Shown: positions 44,772 through 54,665 of the stretch, in pieces
Layout: each line of letters begins with the position of its first letter
Numbering within the stretch: position 1 is the stretch's first letter
Assembly (NCBI GenBank): GCA_965203485.1
Contig: OZ241892.1
Span: 3,200,001 to 3,264,000, forward strand
Origin: Longimicrobiales bacterium
GTDB lineage: Bacteria; Gemmatimonadota; Gemmatimonadetes; Longimicrobiales; Gaopeijiaceae
Length of the DNA stretch: 64,000 bases
Reading direction: 5' to 3'
Program-made: the position numbers and the translations under genes
Notes under the pieces: generated by a model
Seen by the model: the letters and a program-made list of their open reading frames with translations, nothing else
Told to the model about the DNA's origin: nothing
Database searches by the model: none

Positions 44772-45071
44772 TCAAATCCCCAGACTGGACCGCATCAGCG
44801 GGCTGATCCGCTCGGGCGTCCAGGGAGGATCAAAGGTAAGCTCGACCTCCGCTTCTTCGACGCCTTCGACGCCTTCGACCGCGGCCTTCGCTTCTTCCAC
44901 GATCTGCCCGGCGGCCGGACACATCGGCGTGGTCAGCGTGATCGTGGCTTTGGCGCGCGCGCCATCCACTTCGATGCCGTAGACGAGGCCCAGCACCACC
45001 AAGTTCAGATTGAGCTCCGGGTCCTTGACGGCCTTGAGAGCGTCGCGAACGGCTTTCTCGGTTACGGGCAT
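44772..45071 (-). CDS. DUF59/SufT-like Fe-S assembly protein
   Basis: VKDPELNLNLVVLGLVY, TLTTPMCP and FDPPW. Confidence 0.9.
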   Translation of the reverse strand: MPVTEKAVRDALKAVKDPELNLNLVVLGLVYGIEVDGARAKATITLTTPMCPAAGQIVEEAKAAVEGVEGVEEAEVELTFDPPWTPERISPLMRSSLGI

Positions 45072-45088
45072 GGGATTTGCGGCGGCCT

Positions 45089-46075
45089 CTACGGCTCCAA
45101 GCGTTCGAGAGTGTCGATCGGTTGAAGGTTGGGGCGAAAGTCCATGTGGTAGGTCTCCAAGTCGATTCGGTAGAAGCCAACGTCGTGACGACCGTAGCCG
45201 GTCAAGTGCTGCCGCGTGACGAACTCGCCGGAGCGCACGCCAATCCGGCGGCGAAGGTATCTGCCCAGCTCGCTGTTGTCCATGGTCGTGTGAATGGCCT
45301 TGCCGTATTGCTGGGCAACCACGAGAATCAAACTCTGCCCGTCGTCGGTGAGCGCGGTGAAGCGACTGCCTATCGGCGGGAAGAAGGATCGATCCCGCAC
45401 GGGTTTGGGAATAGGAATGTACGCCTGGTTTGGATCTCGGCCATTCCGTTGTCCCCAGTTGAGCCCGGCCTTCAAGTGAGTATTGCCCTTCCGGTCGCCT
45501 TTCGTGGCCAGGAGAGGCAAGGTTGCAGCATCTTCGTAGGCGCCATCCTCAGGGGGCTTCGTGTTCATCAGTTTGACCGACGTTTCCACTCCCGCGTCCG
45601 TGCATGGGATGGATTGGTCGATCAAAGACGCATGGTGTTCCAATGTCGCATCGGGGTCGGCGTCCGCGACGGTCTCCCGCTGAGACGCCCCAAAACCAAG
45701 CATCGTGTAGTTGGCGGATCCGACGAACGCTCGAATCGGCATCCCCCTCTTCTTCCAAATGAATACTTTGGAGTGACAAGGATTTCCTCTTGTCAGATAG
45801 AAACAACTCACCGTTTCGGGGAATCGGCGAACAACGTCGCAAATGCCTTGATGTTGTGCGGCTTCGATGCCTGCCTGGACCATTCCTACGACGACCGTGA
45901 TCTTGGGCAATGTCGCTATGCGTCCTTCCGCCACGCCTTTCTGGAGAGCTTCAAGATGCTGTTCCAGCATGCTTGCGCTCACGTATCCAGAGACAACCAA
46001 GAGCTCGTCGGCTTCCTCGTTCGCCGCCGGGCGCATCAAGACTTCCCGAAAGAGTCCACCTCTCACGATTTGCAT
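45089..46075 (-). CDS. NgoFVII-family restriction endonuclease (PLD nuclease plus C-terminal DNA-binding domain)
   Basis: VSGY, HSKVFIW...GSANYT PLD motif; GLNWGQR..RDPNQAYIPI and NSELGRYLRRR. Confidence 0.85.
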   Translation of the reverse strand: MQIVRGGLFREVLMRPAANEEADELLVVSGYVSASMLEQHLEALQKGVAEGRIATLPKITVVVGMVQAGIEAAQHQGICDVVRRFPETVSCFYLTRGNPCHSKVFIWKKRGMPIRAFVGSANYTMLGFGASQRETVADADPDATLEHHASLIDQSIPCTDAGVETSVKLMNTKPPEDGAYEDAATLPLLATKGDRKGNTHLKAGLNWGQRNGRDPNQAYIPIPKPVRDRSFFPPIGSRFTALTDDGQSLILVVAQQYGKAIHTTMDNSELGRYLRRRIGVRSGEFVTRQHLTGYGRHDVGFYRIDLETYHMDFRPNLQPIDTLERLEP

Positions 46076-47148
46076 GGTGACACCTTTGCTTCTGTCAGGG
46101 TTCGCAGGACTGCTTCGAAGATGACTCGTGCCCCTCTCGGCGGAACGGCCATGCCGATCTGTCTCCGGACCGATTCCCTGCCACCGCAAAACACGAAAGA
46201 ATCGGGAAAGGTTTGCAAACGAGCGCGCTCGCGATTGGTGAGAGCACGGTCTTCCGACCAGTGGTAGACATGCGTGCCGCCGCCGCCGGAGCCCGTAACC
46301 GTGTACGAAGGCTGTTCCGGATCGAGTCGGCGATAGATCTGGCTAATGGTGGCGCCGCTGCGCATTCGGAGCCGCAACCGGGGAGGAAGATCGGCGGTAA
46401 AGGCGTTCTGGCCCGGCTTGATGTGCTTGAGTCGTTCGACGACTCGAGGATGCTGGGCCGTTCTCTGATGATTCTCGGCGTCGGCGGCGATCGGCGGCCG
46501 CTCCAGCGCGTCTCTGCACGACATGCGACGAGAAGACGCCTCCGGGGGACGGAACGCCAGTCCGAGCGACTTGCGAAAGCCTACGACGACAATGCGGTGT
46601 CTCCGTTGGGGAACACCATGCTCTTCGAACCGATACGTGCGAGAACACACGTCGTAGCCCGCGGATTCCAAGTCGTCCAGGATGATCTGATAATCTCGCT
46701 TCGCACCACTGCTTGCCAACCCGCTGACGTTCTCGGCGACGAAGAACAGGGGTTTGAAATGACGCAATGCGCGAACACCCCACTGGTACAATCCCCCGAA
46801 ACGGCCCGCGATGCCATTGCGCTCGCCAACGAGACTGAAGTCGTTGCACGGGAAACCAAACGCCAATCCATCAATAGGCGAAAGTGTGGCGAAATCAAGA
46901 TTTTCGACAGGACAATGCACGACGCCGTGGCGCGGAAATTCCACGTTTTGCTTCAAGGTGTCGCAGGCGTCGCCGTCGATGTCGTTCGCCCACGCGTGCA
47001 CGAAGCCAAAGCCGCCGTGGCGAGCCCGGGCAGCGCCTAGGGCCATGCCCCCGGCGCCGGCGAAAAGCTCGCCGAGTCGGTATTTTCGCTTGAGGACGGC
47101 AGGCGACGAGCGAAGACCGTCAAGTGGGATCATGGCCTGAACGGACAT
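46063..47148 (-). CDS. DNA (cytosine-5) methyltransferase of a type II R-M pair
   Basis: ELFAGAGG, GFPCNDFS, ENV, QRRHR, RERARLQTFP and IGMAVPP. Confidence 0.95.
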   Translation of the reverse strand: MSVQAMIPLDGLRSSPAVLKRKYRLGELFAGAGGMALGAARARHGGFGFVHAWANDIDGDACDTLKQNVEFPRHGVVHCPVENLDFATLSPIDGLAFGFPCNDFSLVGERNGIAGRFGGLYQWGVRALRHFKPLFFVAENVSGLASSGAKRDYQIILDDLESAGYDVCSRTYRFEEHGVPQRRHRIVVVGFRKSLGLAFRPPEASSRRMSCRDALERPPIAADAENHQRTAQHPRVVERLKHIKPGQNAFTADLPPRLRLRMRSGATISQIYRRLDPEQPSYTVTGSGGGGTHVYHWSEDRALTNRERARLQTFPDSFVFCGGRESVRRQIGMAVPPRGARVIFEAVLRTLTEAKVSPCKS

Positions 47149-47549
47149 CGTGTATCCCCCGATTCGGGGTTGCTCCGGGAACGGGCGCCCTCCCACCCCA
47201 CGGATCGTAACGGCCAGGGCGCAAGAGAACAAGAGGGGCGCCGTGTGCGTGGGCTCCTGTCGCTGTCGTTGCGGAGGAGACGAGCGCGCGGGGTGGCATT
47301 TCGACACGCGCGTTTAGCTGCCGGCGCGGCGCGGTCCATCATCGCTCCGACGGAGGCGGGGCCGGGAGGTCGCCGGGAACGCCGTGGGGTCGATTCGGTC
47401 GGCCTTGGCGTTCCAGGACGCCGAAGCGTAACTTGCGCCGGCGGCCATCGTGGTCCTCACAGGAGTTGTCGCTTGACCGAGGAAGCGCAATGCCGCATCC
47501 GGGACGGGGCTCGCAGATCGTGACGGAAGGACGCGGCCACGCGCGAAGC

Positions 47550-48629
47550 ATGCGAATCGCCATCAACACCGGCGGCGGAGACGCGCCGGGCCTCAACGCC
47601 GTATTGCGCGCCGCGGTGCTGGCGGCCGAGCGGCGGGGCTGGGACGTGGTGGGCATCGAACGGGGGTACGACGGCCTCTTCGCCGAGGGCGGCGTCGTGG
47701 AGCTCAACAGCGCGACGGTGAGCGGGATCACGCATGTGGGCGGAACGATCCTGGGCACGTCCAACCGGGGCAGTCCCTTCGCCTTTCCGGTCAAGCGCGG
47801 CGACGGGAGCGTCGAGGTCGTGGACCGCTCCGACGAGGTGGTCGAGCGCATGGACCGGCTCGGCATCGACTGCCTGATCGCGGTGGGCGGCGACGGGTCG
47901 TTGCGGATCGCGCGCGAGCTGGCCGAGAAGGGCCTCAAGGTCGTCGGCGTGCCCAAGACGATCGACAACGACCTCAACGCGACGGCGGTCACGTTCGGCT
48001 TCCACACGGCCGTGCAGACCGCGACGGACGCCATCGACAAGCTCCACTCGACGGCGGAGTCGCACCAGCGCGTCATGGTCGTGGAGCTCATGGGGCGCCA
48101 TGCGGGCTGGATTGCGCTCTTCGCGGGCTTCGCGGCCACGGCCGACGCCGTCCTCATCCCCGAAATCCCCTACGACTTGGCCAAGGTGGCCGAGAAGATC
48201 GCCGCGCGCTGGGCCGCCGGGCGCGAGTTCGCCATTATAGTTGTGGCCGAGGGCGCGATTCCCGTCGGCGGCGAGGCGTCGTACTTGGACGACACCGGGC
48301 CGGGACGCCCGCGAAGGCTCGGAGGAGCGGGCAAGCGGGTGGCCGAGGGCCTCGAGGCCCTCACCGGCAAGGAGACGCGCAGCCTCGTGCTGGGGCATCT
48401 GCAGCGCGGCGGGCGTCCGATCGCGTACGACCGCATCCTGTCGCTCCGCTTCGGAACGGCGGCGGTCGAGTTCGCGGAGCGCGGCCTCTTCGGGCGGCTC
48501 GTGGCGCTCGATCCGCCGGACATGCGAGCCGTGCCGCTGGCGGAGGCGGTGGAGAGGCTCAAGTCGGTTCCGCTCGACGGCGACATGGTGCGGGCCGCGA
48601 GGGCGATGGGAATTTCGTTCGGAGACTGA
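47550..48629 (+). CDS. pfkA: 6-phosphofructokinase (PfkA family)
   Basis: TGGGDAPGLN, GGDGS, PKTIDND, MGR and GHLQRGG. Confidence 0.93.
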   Translation: MRIAINTGGGDAPGLNAVLRAAVLAAERRGWDVVGIERGYDGLFAEGGVVELNSATVSGITHVGGTILGTSNRGSPFAFPVKRGDGSVEVVDRSDEVVERMDRLGIDCLIAVGGDGSLRIARELAEKGLKVVGVPKTIDNDLNATAVTFGFHTAVQTATDAIDKLHSTAESHQRVMVVELMGRHAGWIALFAGFAATADAVLIPEIPYDLAKVAEKIAARWAAGREFAIIVVAEGAIPVGGEASYLDDTGPGRPRRLGGAGKRVAEGLEALTGKETRSLVLGHLQRGGRPIAYDRILSLRFGTAAVEFAERGLFGRLVALDPPDMRAVPLAEAVERLKSVPLDGDMVRAARAMGISFGD

Positions 48630-48633
48630 CCGG

Positions 48634-49476
48634 ATGACGTTGCCGGAATCGAGAGAAAGACGCCGGGCGTGGCTCCTGGCGGCGCCGGCGCTGGCCTGCG
48701 CGCTCGGGTCGGCGGCCCAGGAAGAGGAAGCGGAGCTGCTTCCCCCGGACTCGGCGGCGGCGCAGCAGCAGCTGGCGACGATCGAAGGTGAGGTGCTGGA
48801 CGCCGAGACGGCGTTGCCCTTGGCTGGAGCGATCGTCGTCGTTCCGGGGATCGGCCGCTACACGTTCAGCGACGAGCTGGGCTACTTCCGCTTCGACAGC
48901 GTCGCGCCGGGCGAGTACTTCGTGCGCGCGATCCGGATCGGCTACGAGACGCTCGAGGCGAACGTCCCGCTCTTGCCCGGCGAGATGCTCGTGGTGCACA
49001 TGTCGCCGGGCGCCATTCCGCTGGACGGCATCACGGTGACGGTGATCGGGCCGGACGAACTCGCATGGCGGACGGCCGGCGCCCAGATTGGACTGATCGG
49101 CCCGATCGAGATGGAAGAGCTCGCCGAACGCTACCTCACGCTCGACCAGGTGCTCAACTCGCGGCGGCTCTCGGGCGCGCGCTATCTCGTTTCGCGTGGA
49201 CTGGGCCAATCGGGGTGCCTGCGCTCCTCCCGCGGCCTCGACCGCAGCCGGCCGGCCCGTCCCCCGGGGCGTGGCGCGGTGCCCGGCTCGTCCGACTGCG
49301 CGGCGGTGGTGGTGGACGGCGTGCTCCTCAACCCCGAGAGCGCAGGCTGGGTCTACGAACTCGACCCGAGCGACATCTTCGCCATTCGCTTCCTCCACGG
49401 CACCGACGCCGGAGTGCGCTACGGACACACGGGAGGTACGGGCGTGCTCGTCGTGGAGACACGGGCGGGGCGGTAG
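48634..49476 (+). CDS. Secreted carboxypeptidase-regulatory-like domain plus TonB-plug-like domain protein (no barrel)
   Basis: G.VLDAET..PL.GA.V and IRIGY; C-terminal VVVDGV...RYG....GVLVVET. Confidence 0.7.
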   Translation: MTLPESRERRRAWLLAAPALACALGSAAQEEEAELLPPDSAAAQQQLATIEGEVLDAETALPLAGAIVVVPGIGRYTFSDELGYFRFDSVAPGEYFVRAIRIGYETLEANVPLLPGEMLVVHMSPGAIPLDGITVTVIGPDELAWRTAGAQIGLIGPIEMEELAERYLTLDQVLNSRRLSGARYLVSRGLGQSGCLRSSRGLDRSRPARPPGRGAVPGSSDCAAVVVDGVLLNPESAGWVYELDPSDIFAIRFLHGTDAGVRYGHTGGTGVLVVETRAGR

Positions 49477-49700
49477 CCTTCGGCGTCCGGCGGCGCAACT
49501 TTTCGTCGCCGGTTCTCGTCTTGATGGACCGACGACGGGGGCGCGCAGCGGACGTTCCGGGGTCGGCCGACCGGCTTGAGCGAGAAGTCGCGGACGGCAA
49601 CGGCCGGCGGAGGGAAGGCTCGGTCGGCGCCCCAGAGAACCAAGGCGAGGCCGCGCGGAAGCGGCCGCCGGCGGGCGCGAGCCCAAGGGGAGGCGGGGAC

Positions 49701-50486
49701 ATGATGACGGCGAGAGGCGTGGGGCGGTGGACGGTGCGGGGGTTGGCGTCGGCGGCGCTGGCGGTTCCGGTGGGGATGTCGGCGCAAGGCCGGTGCGAGC
49801 ATCGCGACGTGCAGGAGATGCGCGGCCCGGCGGCGGGCGAACTGCGGGTGGACGCGGGCGCGGGCAGTCTTGCGATCACGGGGCGCGAGGGTCTGGACGA
49901 GGTCCGCGTGACGGCGACGTTGTGCGCTTCGAGCCGGGAACGCTTGGCCGAACTGTCGGTCGGGCTGGACGGCGATCGGCTCGAGACGGACTATCCGGGC
50001 GGAAGCTGGATGGGCCGGGGATACGCCAGGATCGACTTGGAAGTGCAGGTGCCGCTCGGGACGGACGTGGACGTGGAGGACAGCTCCGGCAGCGTCGCGG
50101 TCTCGGACGTGGGCGCCGTGCGCATCGAGGACGGGTCGGGATCGATGCAGGTGCGCCGCGCTCGCTCGGTGGTCGTGGACGACGGGTCGGGCAGCCTCAG
50201 GATCGAGGACGTGGACGGCGACGTGGAGGTGGGCGACGGCTCTGGCAGCATGGAGATCAGCGACGTCGCGGGCGACGTGAGGGTGTCGGACGGCTCGGGC
50301 AGCATCGCGATTCGGTCAGTCGGCGGCTCGGTTCGCGTGGACGGCATGGGTTCGGGCGGCCTTGCGGTGCAGGACGTGGCGGGCGACCTGGTGGTCAAGG
50401 GCGGTCGCCGGGAGCGCATCCGCCATTCGAACGTGCGGGGCGAACTGGACCTGCCGCCGGCCCGGCGCAAGGGGCGCAAGGAATGA
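49701..50486 (+). CDS. DUF4097-like beta-strand-repeat (adhesin-like) protein
   Basis: Signal peptide and repeated DGSGS(M/L/I) units. Confidence 0.8.
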   Translation: MMTARGVGRWTVRGLASAALAVPVGMSAQGRCEHRDVQEMRGPAAGELRVDAGAGSLAITGREGLDEVRVTATLCASSRERLAELSVGLDGDRLETDYPGGSWMGRGYARIDLEVQVPLGTDVDVEDSSGSVAVSDVGAVRIEDGSGSMQVRRARSVVVDDGSGSLRIEDVDGDVEVGDGSGSMEISDVAGDVRVSDGSGSIAIRSVGGSVRVDGMGSGGLAVQDVAGDLVVKGGRRERIRHSNVRGELDLPPARRKGRKE

Positions 50487-50493
50487 CGGGCGG

Positions 50494-51465
50494 CTAACGG
50501 GTGCGCGGTCCTTCGCTCCAGTACCCCACGATCTTGTAGACCAGCTTGGCTACGAGGAAATCGGGGGCGGCCAAGCCTGGAACGGGGGCGTGCTCGACCA
50601 CGTCCACGCCCGCCACGGACCGCTCGCCGAAGACGCGGCGGAGAAAGGCGAGCGTCTGTCGCCATCCGGCCCCGCCAGGCTCCGGAGCGCCCGTCGAGGG
50701 GACCAGCGACGGGTCCAAGAAGTCCACGTCGAAGGTCACGTAGACCGGGTCTCCCAGCGCCGCCAAGGCCATGTCCATCCAGGCGCGGTCGTCCATCTCC
50801 TCGGCCGTCACGACCGTCACGTCGTCGCGGCGCTGGGCCGCCCGCCATTCCTCGCGGCTGATTCCGCGGGCGCCGACCGACACCAGGTCGACCTGCCCGG
50901 CGATCCGGGCCATTGCGCAGGCGTGCGAAAACCGGCTGCCGTTGAACCGCTCGTGCAGGTCGAGGTGCGCGTCGAGCTGGAGAACCGAGAGGCGGCCCTC
51001 GCGCCTGCCCGCGTGGGCAAGGATCGCGGGAGGCGACACCGAGTGCTCGCCGCCCAGCATGAGGACGCGCTTGCCGCCCGCGGCTTCCAGCAGGCGCGAG
51101 AAGGCGTCTCGGAGGCTGGCCGCCGCGCCCTCGGCGTTGCCGCGCTCGAGTTCCAGGGCCGGGAACGTGTAGACGCCGTCGGCGGACGGGTCGCGGCCCA
51201 GCTCGTGGTCGAAGAGCTCCAGGTAGCGGGACGCGTCCAGAATCGCCCGCGGGCCGCGCCGCGTCGCCGTTCCCCAGCTGGCGGTGGTCTCGTAGGGGAC
51301 GGGCAATATCCACGTGGCGGCTCGGTCGTGGCGAGCGGCGGCGCCGTCCAGTCCCAAGAAGACTCGCGGCAACTCCCAGGGCAGGTCGTCCAGCCCGGGC
51401 GGAAGCGGGTGGTTCGTGTCCGCCCCGGACCGGCCCGCGGCTTCAGGATCTCGGCGGGACGGCAT
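50494..51465 (-). CDS. speB: Agmatinase
   Basis: GP.AILDAS, GGEHS, DAHLD and TFDVD.LDPS..P.TG.PEPGG. Confidence 0.88.
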   Translation of the reverse strand: MPSRRDPEAAGRSGADTNHPLPPGLDDLPWELPRVFLGLDGAAARHDRAATWILPVPYETTASWGTATRRGPRAILDASRYLELFDHELGRDPSADGVYTFPALELERGNAEGAAASLRDAFSRLLEAAGGKRVLMLGGEHSVSPPAILAHAGRREGRLSVLQLDAHLDLHERFNGSRFSHACAMARIAGQVDLVSVGARGISREEWRAAQRRDDVTVVTAEEMDDRAWMDMALAALGDPVYVTFDVDFLDPSLVPSTGAPEPGGAGWRQTLAFLRRVFGERSVAGVDVVEHAPVPGLAAPDFLVAKLVYKIVGYWSEGPRTR

Positions 51466-51477
51466 CGCCGCGAAGAA

Positions 51478-54396
51478 TCATCGGCTCCGCGGCCGGGGCC
51501 TCGCCTGCGAAGCGTGCCAGTCGGCCGCCCGCATCGACGCCAGGTTGGCGAACAGACGATAGGCGCCCGGCACGCCCGCCGGAAACTGCCGGAAGAAGGC
51601 CAATCCCGTGTACACGTAGAGGCCGTCGCCCACCGGGGCCACGAGCAGGCCGCCGCGTTGCGGCTCCTCGCCGGGATCGGCCAACTCGAGGACCGGCACG
51701 AAGCGCCGGTCCCAGTCGCTCAGAAAGTACAGGCCGCGCTCCTGCACCCAGCCCTCGAAGTCGGCCGCCCCGATGACGTTGGGGCCTCGGAACACCGGGG
51801 TCTCGGGCGCGAGCGCGGCCACGGGGGCCGTCTCGTCCACGACGCGGTCGTGCGGGCGGTTCATGCGCACCGGATAGGGCGCGAATCCGCCCTGCCCGTA
51901 CTCGTACTTGTTGTACTGGACGATCACGGTGCCGCCCGCCTGCGCAAAGCCGAGGACCGCGTCGTTCGCAGCGGCCAGCTCCGGGCGCGTCTCGTAGGCG
52001 CGGACGCCGAGCACGAGGACGTCGAGCCCCCCGAAGTCGCCGCTCCGCAACCGGCCGTCGTCCAGCAGCTCCACCGGCATCCCCGCTTGGCGGAGCGCAT
52101 CCGGCCCCGCGTCGCCCGATCCCATGATGTAGCCCACGCGCAGATCCGGGTTCGCGGCCAGAGGGAAGGCGGACACGCGCGAAGCGGCGCTTCCGTGCAG
52201 CGCCGCGCGCCGGATGTGGGGATGGGCCACGATGTCGTAGTCGCCTTCGAAGGCCGCGCCCGAGCCGTCTCGGGCCGACGCGCTGAAGATGTGCCGGCCG
52301 GCCGACGGCGCTCCCGAGGGCGCGACGTGAAAGACGAACGCGCCCGAGCCGCCCGGTTGCAGCGCAAACGGCCTCGACGCGGGCTCCACCCGCCAACCGT
52401 CTCCGGCATGGAGCCGCACCGAACCGGCTCGCGGCGACGCAGAGAGGTTGGCCACCGAGACCGTGAACGCGCGGGCGGCCCTGCTGGCCAGCGGCCACAC
52501 CATCGTTTGGGGAGCCAAGCCGACGTCCAGCGCAGGGGCCACGAGCACTCGCTCGCGGTACTCGCCCGACGCCTTGTCGACTCCTACGTAGCCGGCTTCA
52601 CGCACGACCTCGAGGAGATCCGTGCCGCTCGTCGAGAAGCCTTGGCCCGGGCTGGACGAGTCCGCCGCCGCACGCGCTCCCGCCGCAGACGACGACGCGT
52701 CCGAAGCGGCCGCCTGCGACGGCGCCAACCGCAACGCCGTCACCGCCCGCGCAGGCGCAGGGTCGAACGGCTTCGCCCACCGGTCGGCGTCCTCCGGCCA
52801 AGCGTACAAGTCGCCGGACCGCGGGCTTTCCAGGAAGTACGGCGCCGAGACCCGCGCCTGCGGCGGCACGGCCACTCGCCAGCTCCAGCGCGCGACGGCT
52901 CCCGGAAGCACGCGGCCGTCGGCGGGCGTCTCGGACGGATCGCTACGGAAGAAGAACGAGCCTCCGGGGTCCGTCGCGGCCTGGGCCGTCGCGGAAGCCG
53001 ACCATCCTTCCGGCAACTCCAAGCGCGGCGCCACGTCGTCCACCGCGAGCCGCCCCCCGTTCCAAACGATCACGTCCACCCCCACGGACTCCCCGGGAAC
53101 CACAACGTCCCGTGCCGCCCGCGCCTCCACCACCACGCCCGCCGCGGCGAGCGCCGTCTCGGACACGAGGGCCAACCGGTCGGCGATCATGCGGTGGGGC
53201 GGGCCGGGAGGCGCCTCGCGCGCCAGGCCGTCGAGAACGCGCGCCGCCTGGAGCAGTCCGGGAACAGCTCCGTCGCTCCGGTCCGCCGCCAGGGCGCCGC
53301 GAGCCGCGGCGACAGCCGTCCGGTACGCGTCCAGCCGCGCCCGCGCGTCCGAGGGCCAGGAAGGCGGCAACGGGTCGGGCAACTGGCCCGCCAGAGTCGT
53401 GTCGATGCCCGCGAACAGGCCGGTGTCGGCGCCCGCTTCGGCCCGCGAAGCCACGAGCGCCAACGGACTCTCCTGCGGCCCCATGATCTGCGGCGCACCC
53501 ATGTCCTGCGATCGGTGCCGGCTGCGGCTGGCCATCGCGAGCTGGAAGGGAGACATGCCCAGAAGCGGATCGAAGTCGCCCGTCGGCACCCGCAGCGTCG
53601 CGTCCCGAGGCGAAGAGCGCACCGACTGGTACAGCTTGAGCGGAGCCCACGGTTCCACGCCGCGTGCGGCCAGTCCCGGGAAGCGGACGGGATCGCCCGA
53701 CGCCTCGAAGGCTTCGCGCGCCGCCACTCCGGCCACCTGATGCTGGCCGTGCCGGTCCCGCGGCGTGCCCGAGAACACCGACACGATCACGTGGGGCCGA
53801 AACGCGCGAACCACGAAGACCACGTCGCGCACCACCTCGTCCAGCGGCCAGCGCCGCAACGTCTCGTCGAGCGTCTTGGAGTACCCGAAGTCGAAGGCCC
53901 GCGTGAAGTACTGCCTCCCGCCGTCGAGCTCCCGGGCGGCCACCAGCTCGCCGGTGCGCACGATCCCGAGCCCCTCTCCCAGCCTGGCGCCGATCAGATT
54001 CTGCCCGCCCTCGCCCCTGCTCAAGGACAGATACGCGGTCTCCGCTCCCATGCCCCGCGCCAATGCGGCCAAGAGTCCCGTGTCCTCGTCGTCCGGGTGG
54101 GCGGCGATCATCAGCACCCGCTTGACGCCGTCGAGCCGGCGGAAGCGAAGGGCGACCGAAGCGGCGCCGCGCTCGAACCGGGGCGCGTCTTGGACGGCCG
54201 GCGCGGGGGATTGGCGGAAGCCCGGGACGGCGGCCGAACGCGCGACGGAAGGACTCGCCTCCGGACTCGGCACACGCGGCGCGGCCAGCAGGTGGCGCGG
54301 CGCCGCGACGGGGGCGGCGAGCCCAAGGCCAAAGAGCGCCGCCGCGAACGCACGGCGGCCGGACGCGCACACGCCGAGGGCGATGGTCTGCTTCAT
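51478..54396 (-). CDS. Secreted PIG-L/LmbE-family deacetylase with NEW3-like and C-terminal domains
   Basis: AHPDDE, RGEGGQN, DFGYSK, HGQH and FFRQFPAGVPGAYRLFANL. Confidence 0.88.
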   Translation of the reverse strand: MKQTIALGVCASGRRAFAAALFGLGLAAPVAAPRHLLAAPRVPSPEASPSVARSAAVPGFRQSPAPAVQDAPRFERGAASVALRFRRLDGVKRVLMIAAHPDDEDTGLLAALARGMGAETAYLSLSRGEGGQNLIGARLGEGLGIVRTGELVAARELDGGRQYFTRAFDFGYSKTLDETLRRWPLDEVVRDVVFVVRAFRPHVIVSVFSGTPRDRHGQHQVAGVAAREAFEASGDPVRFPGLAARGVEPWAPLKLYQSVRSSPRDATLRVPTGDFDPLLGMSPFQLAMASRSRHRSQDMGAPQIMGPQESPLALVASRAEAGADTGLFAGIDTTLAGQLPDPLPPSWPSDARARLDAYRTAVAAARGALAADRSDGAVPGLLQAARVLDGLAREAPPGPPHRMIADRLALVSETALAAAGVVVEARAARDVVVPGESVGVDVIVWNGGRLAVDDVAPRLELPEGWSASATAQAATDPGGSFFFRSDPSETPADGRVLPGAVARWSWRVAVPPQARVSAPYFLESPRSGDLYAWPEDADRWAKPFDPAPARAVTALRLAPSQAAASDASSSAAGARAAADSSSPGQGFSTSGTDLLEVVREAGYVGVDKASGEYRERVLVAPALDVGLAPQTMVWPLASRAARAFTVSVANLSASPRAGSVRLHAGDGWRVEPASRPFALQPGGSGAFVFHVAPSGAPSAGRHIFSASARDGSGAAFEGDYDIVAHPHIRRAALHGSAASRVSAFPLAANPDLRVGYIMGSGDAGPDALRQAGMPVELLDDGRLRSGDFGGLDVLVLGVRAYETRPELAAANDAVLGFAQAGGTVIVQYNKYEYGQGGFAPYPVRMNRPHDRVVDETAPVAALAPETPVFRGPNVIGAADFEGWVQERGLYFLSDWDRRFVPVLELADPGEEPQRGGLLVAPVGDGLYVYTGLAFFRQFPAGVPGAYRLFANLASMRAADWHASQARPRPRSR

Positions 54397-54665
54397 GCTC
54401 TTCAATGTACGAAGATGGCGGGTTGGGCGAAGCCGGCTACCTGGAGTCGGCTTGTCGCGTCGTCGTGGATCGAGACCTGATGACGCGCACGAAGGGAGAA
54501 TCAAGCTCTTCTCGATGGATGTACGCCTTCAGGCCTTGAAGCGCCGCCGTGAGTCGGCAGTCCCTCAGTCGCGACGATCCGCGACCGGATGCGGGAGGCC
54601 GCCGTTGACGAATGCCGTCGTGGCGAAGGGACGATGAGAGAGCCTCGGCGCATGCGGCGTCACGC

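Noticed and set aside
50080..50360. Repeated gacgg(g/c)tc units as a possible CRISPR or tandem array
   Set aside because: They encode the DGSGS protein repeats of the DUF4097-like gene.
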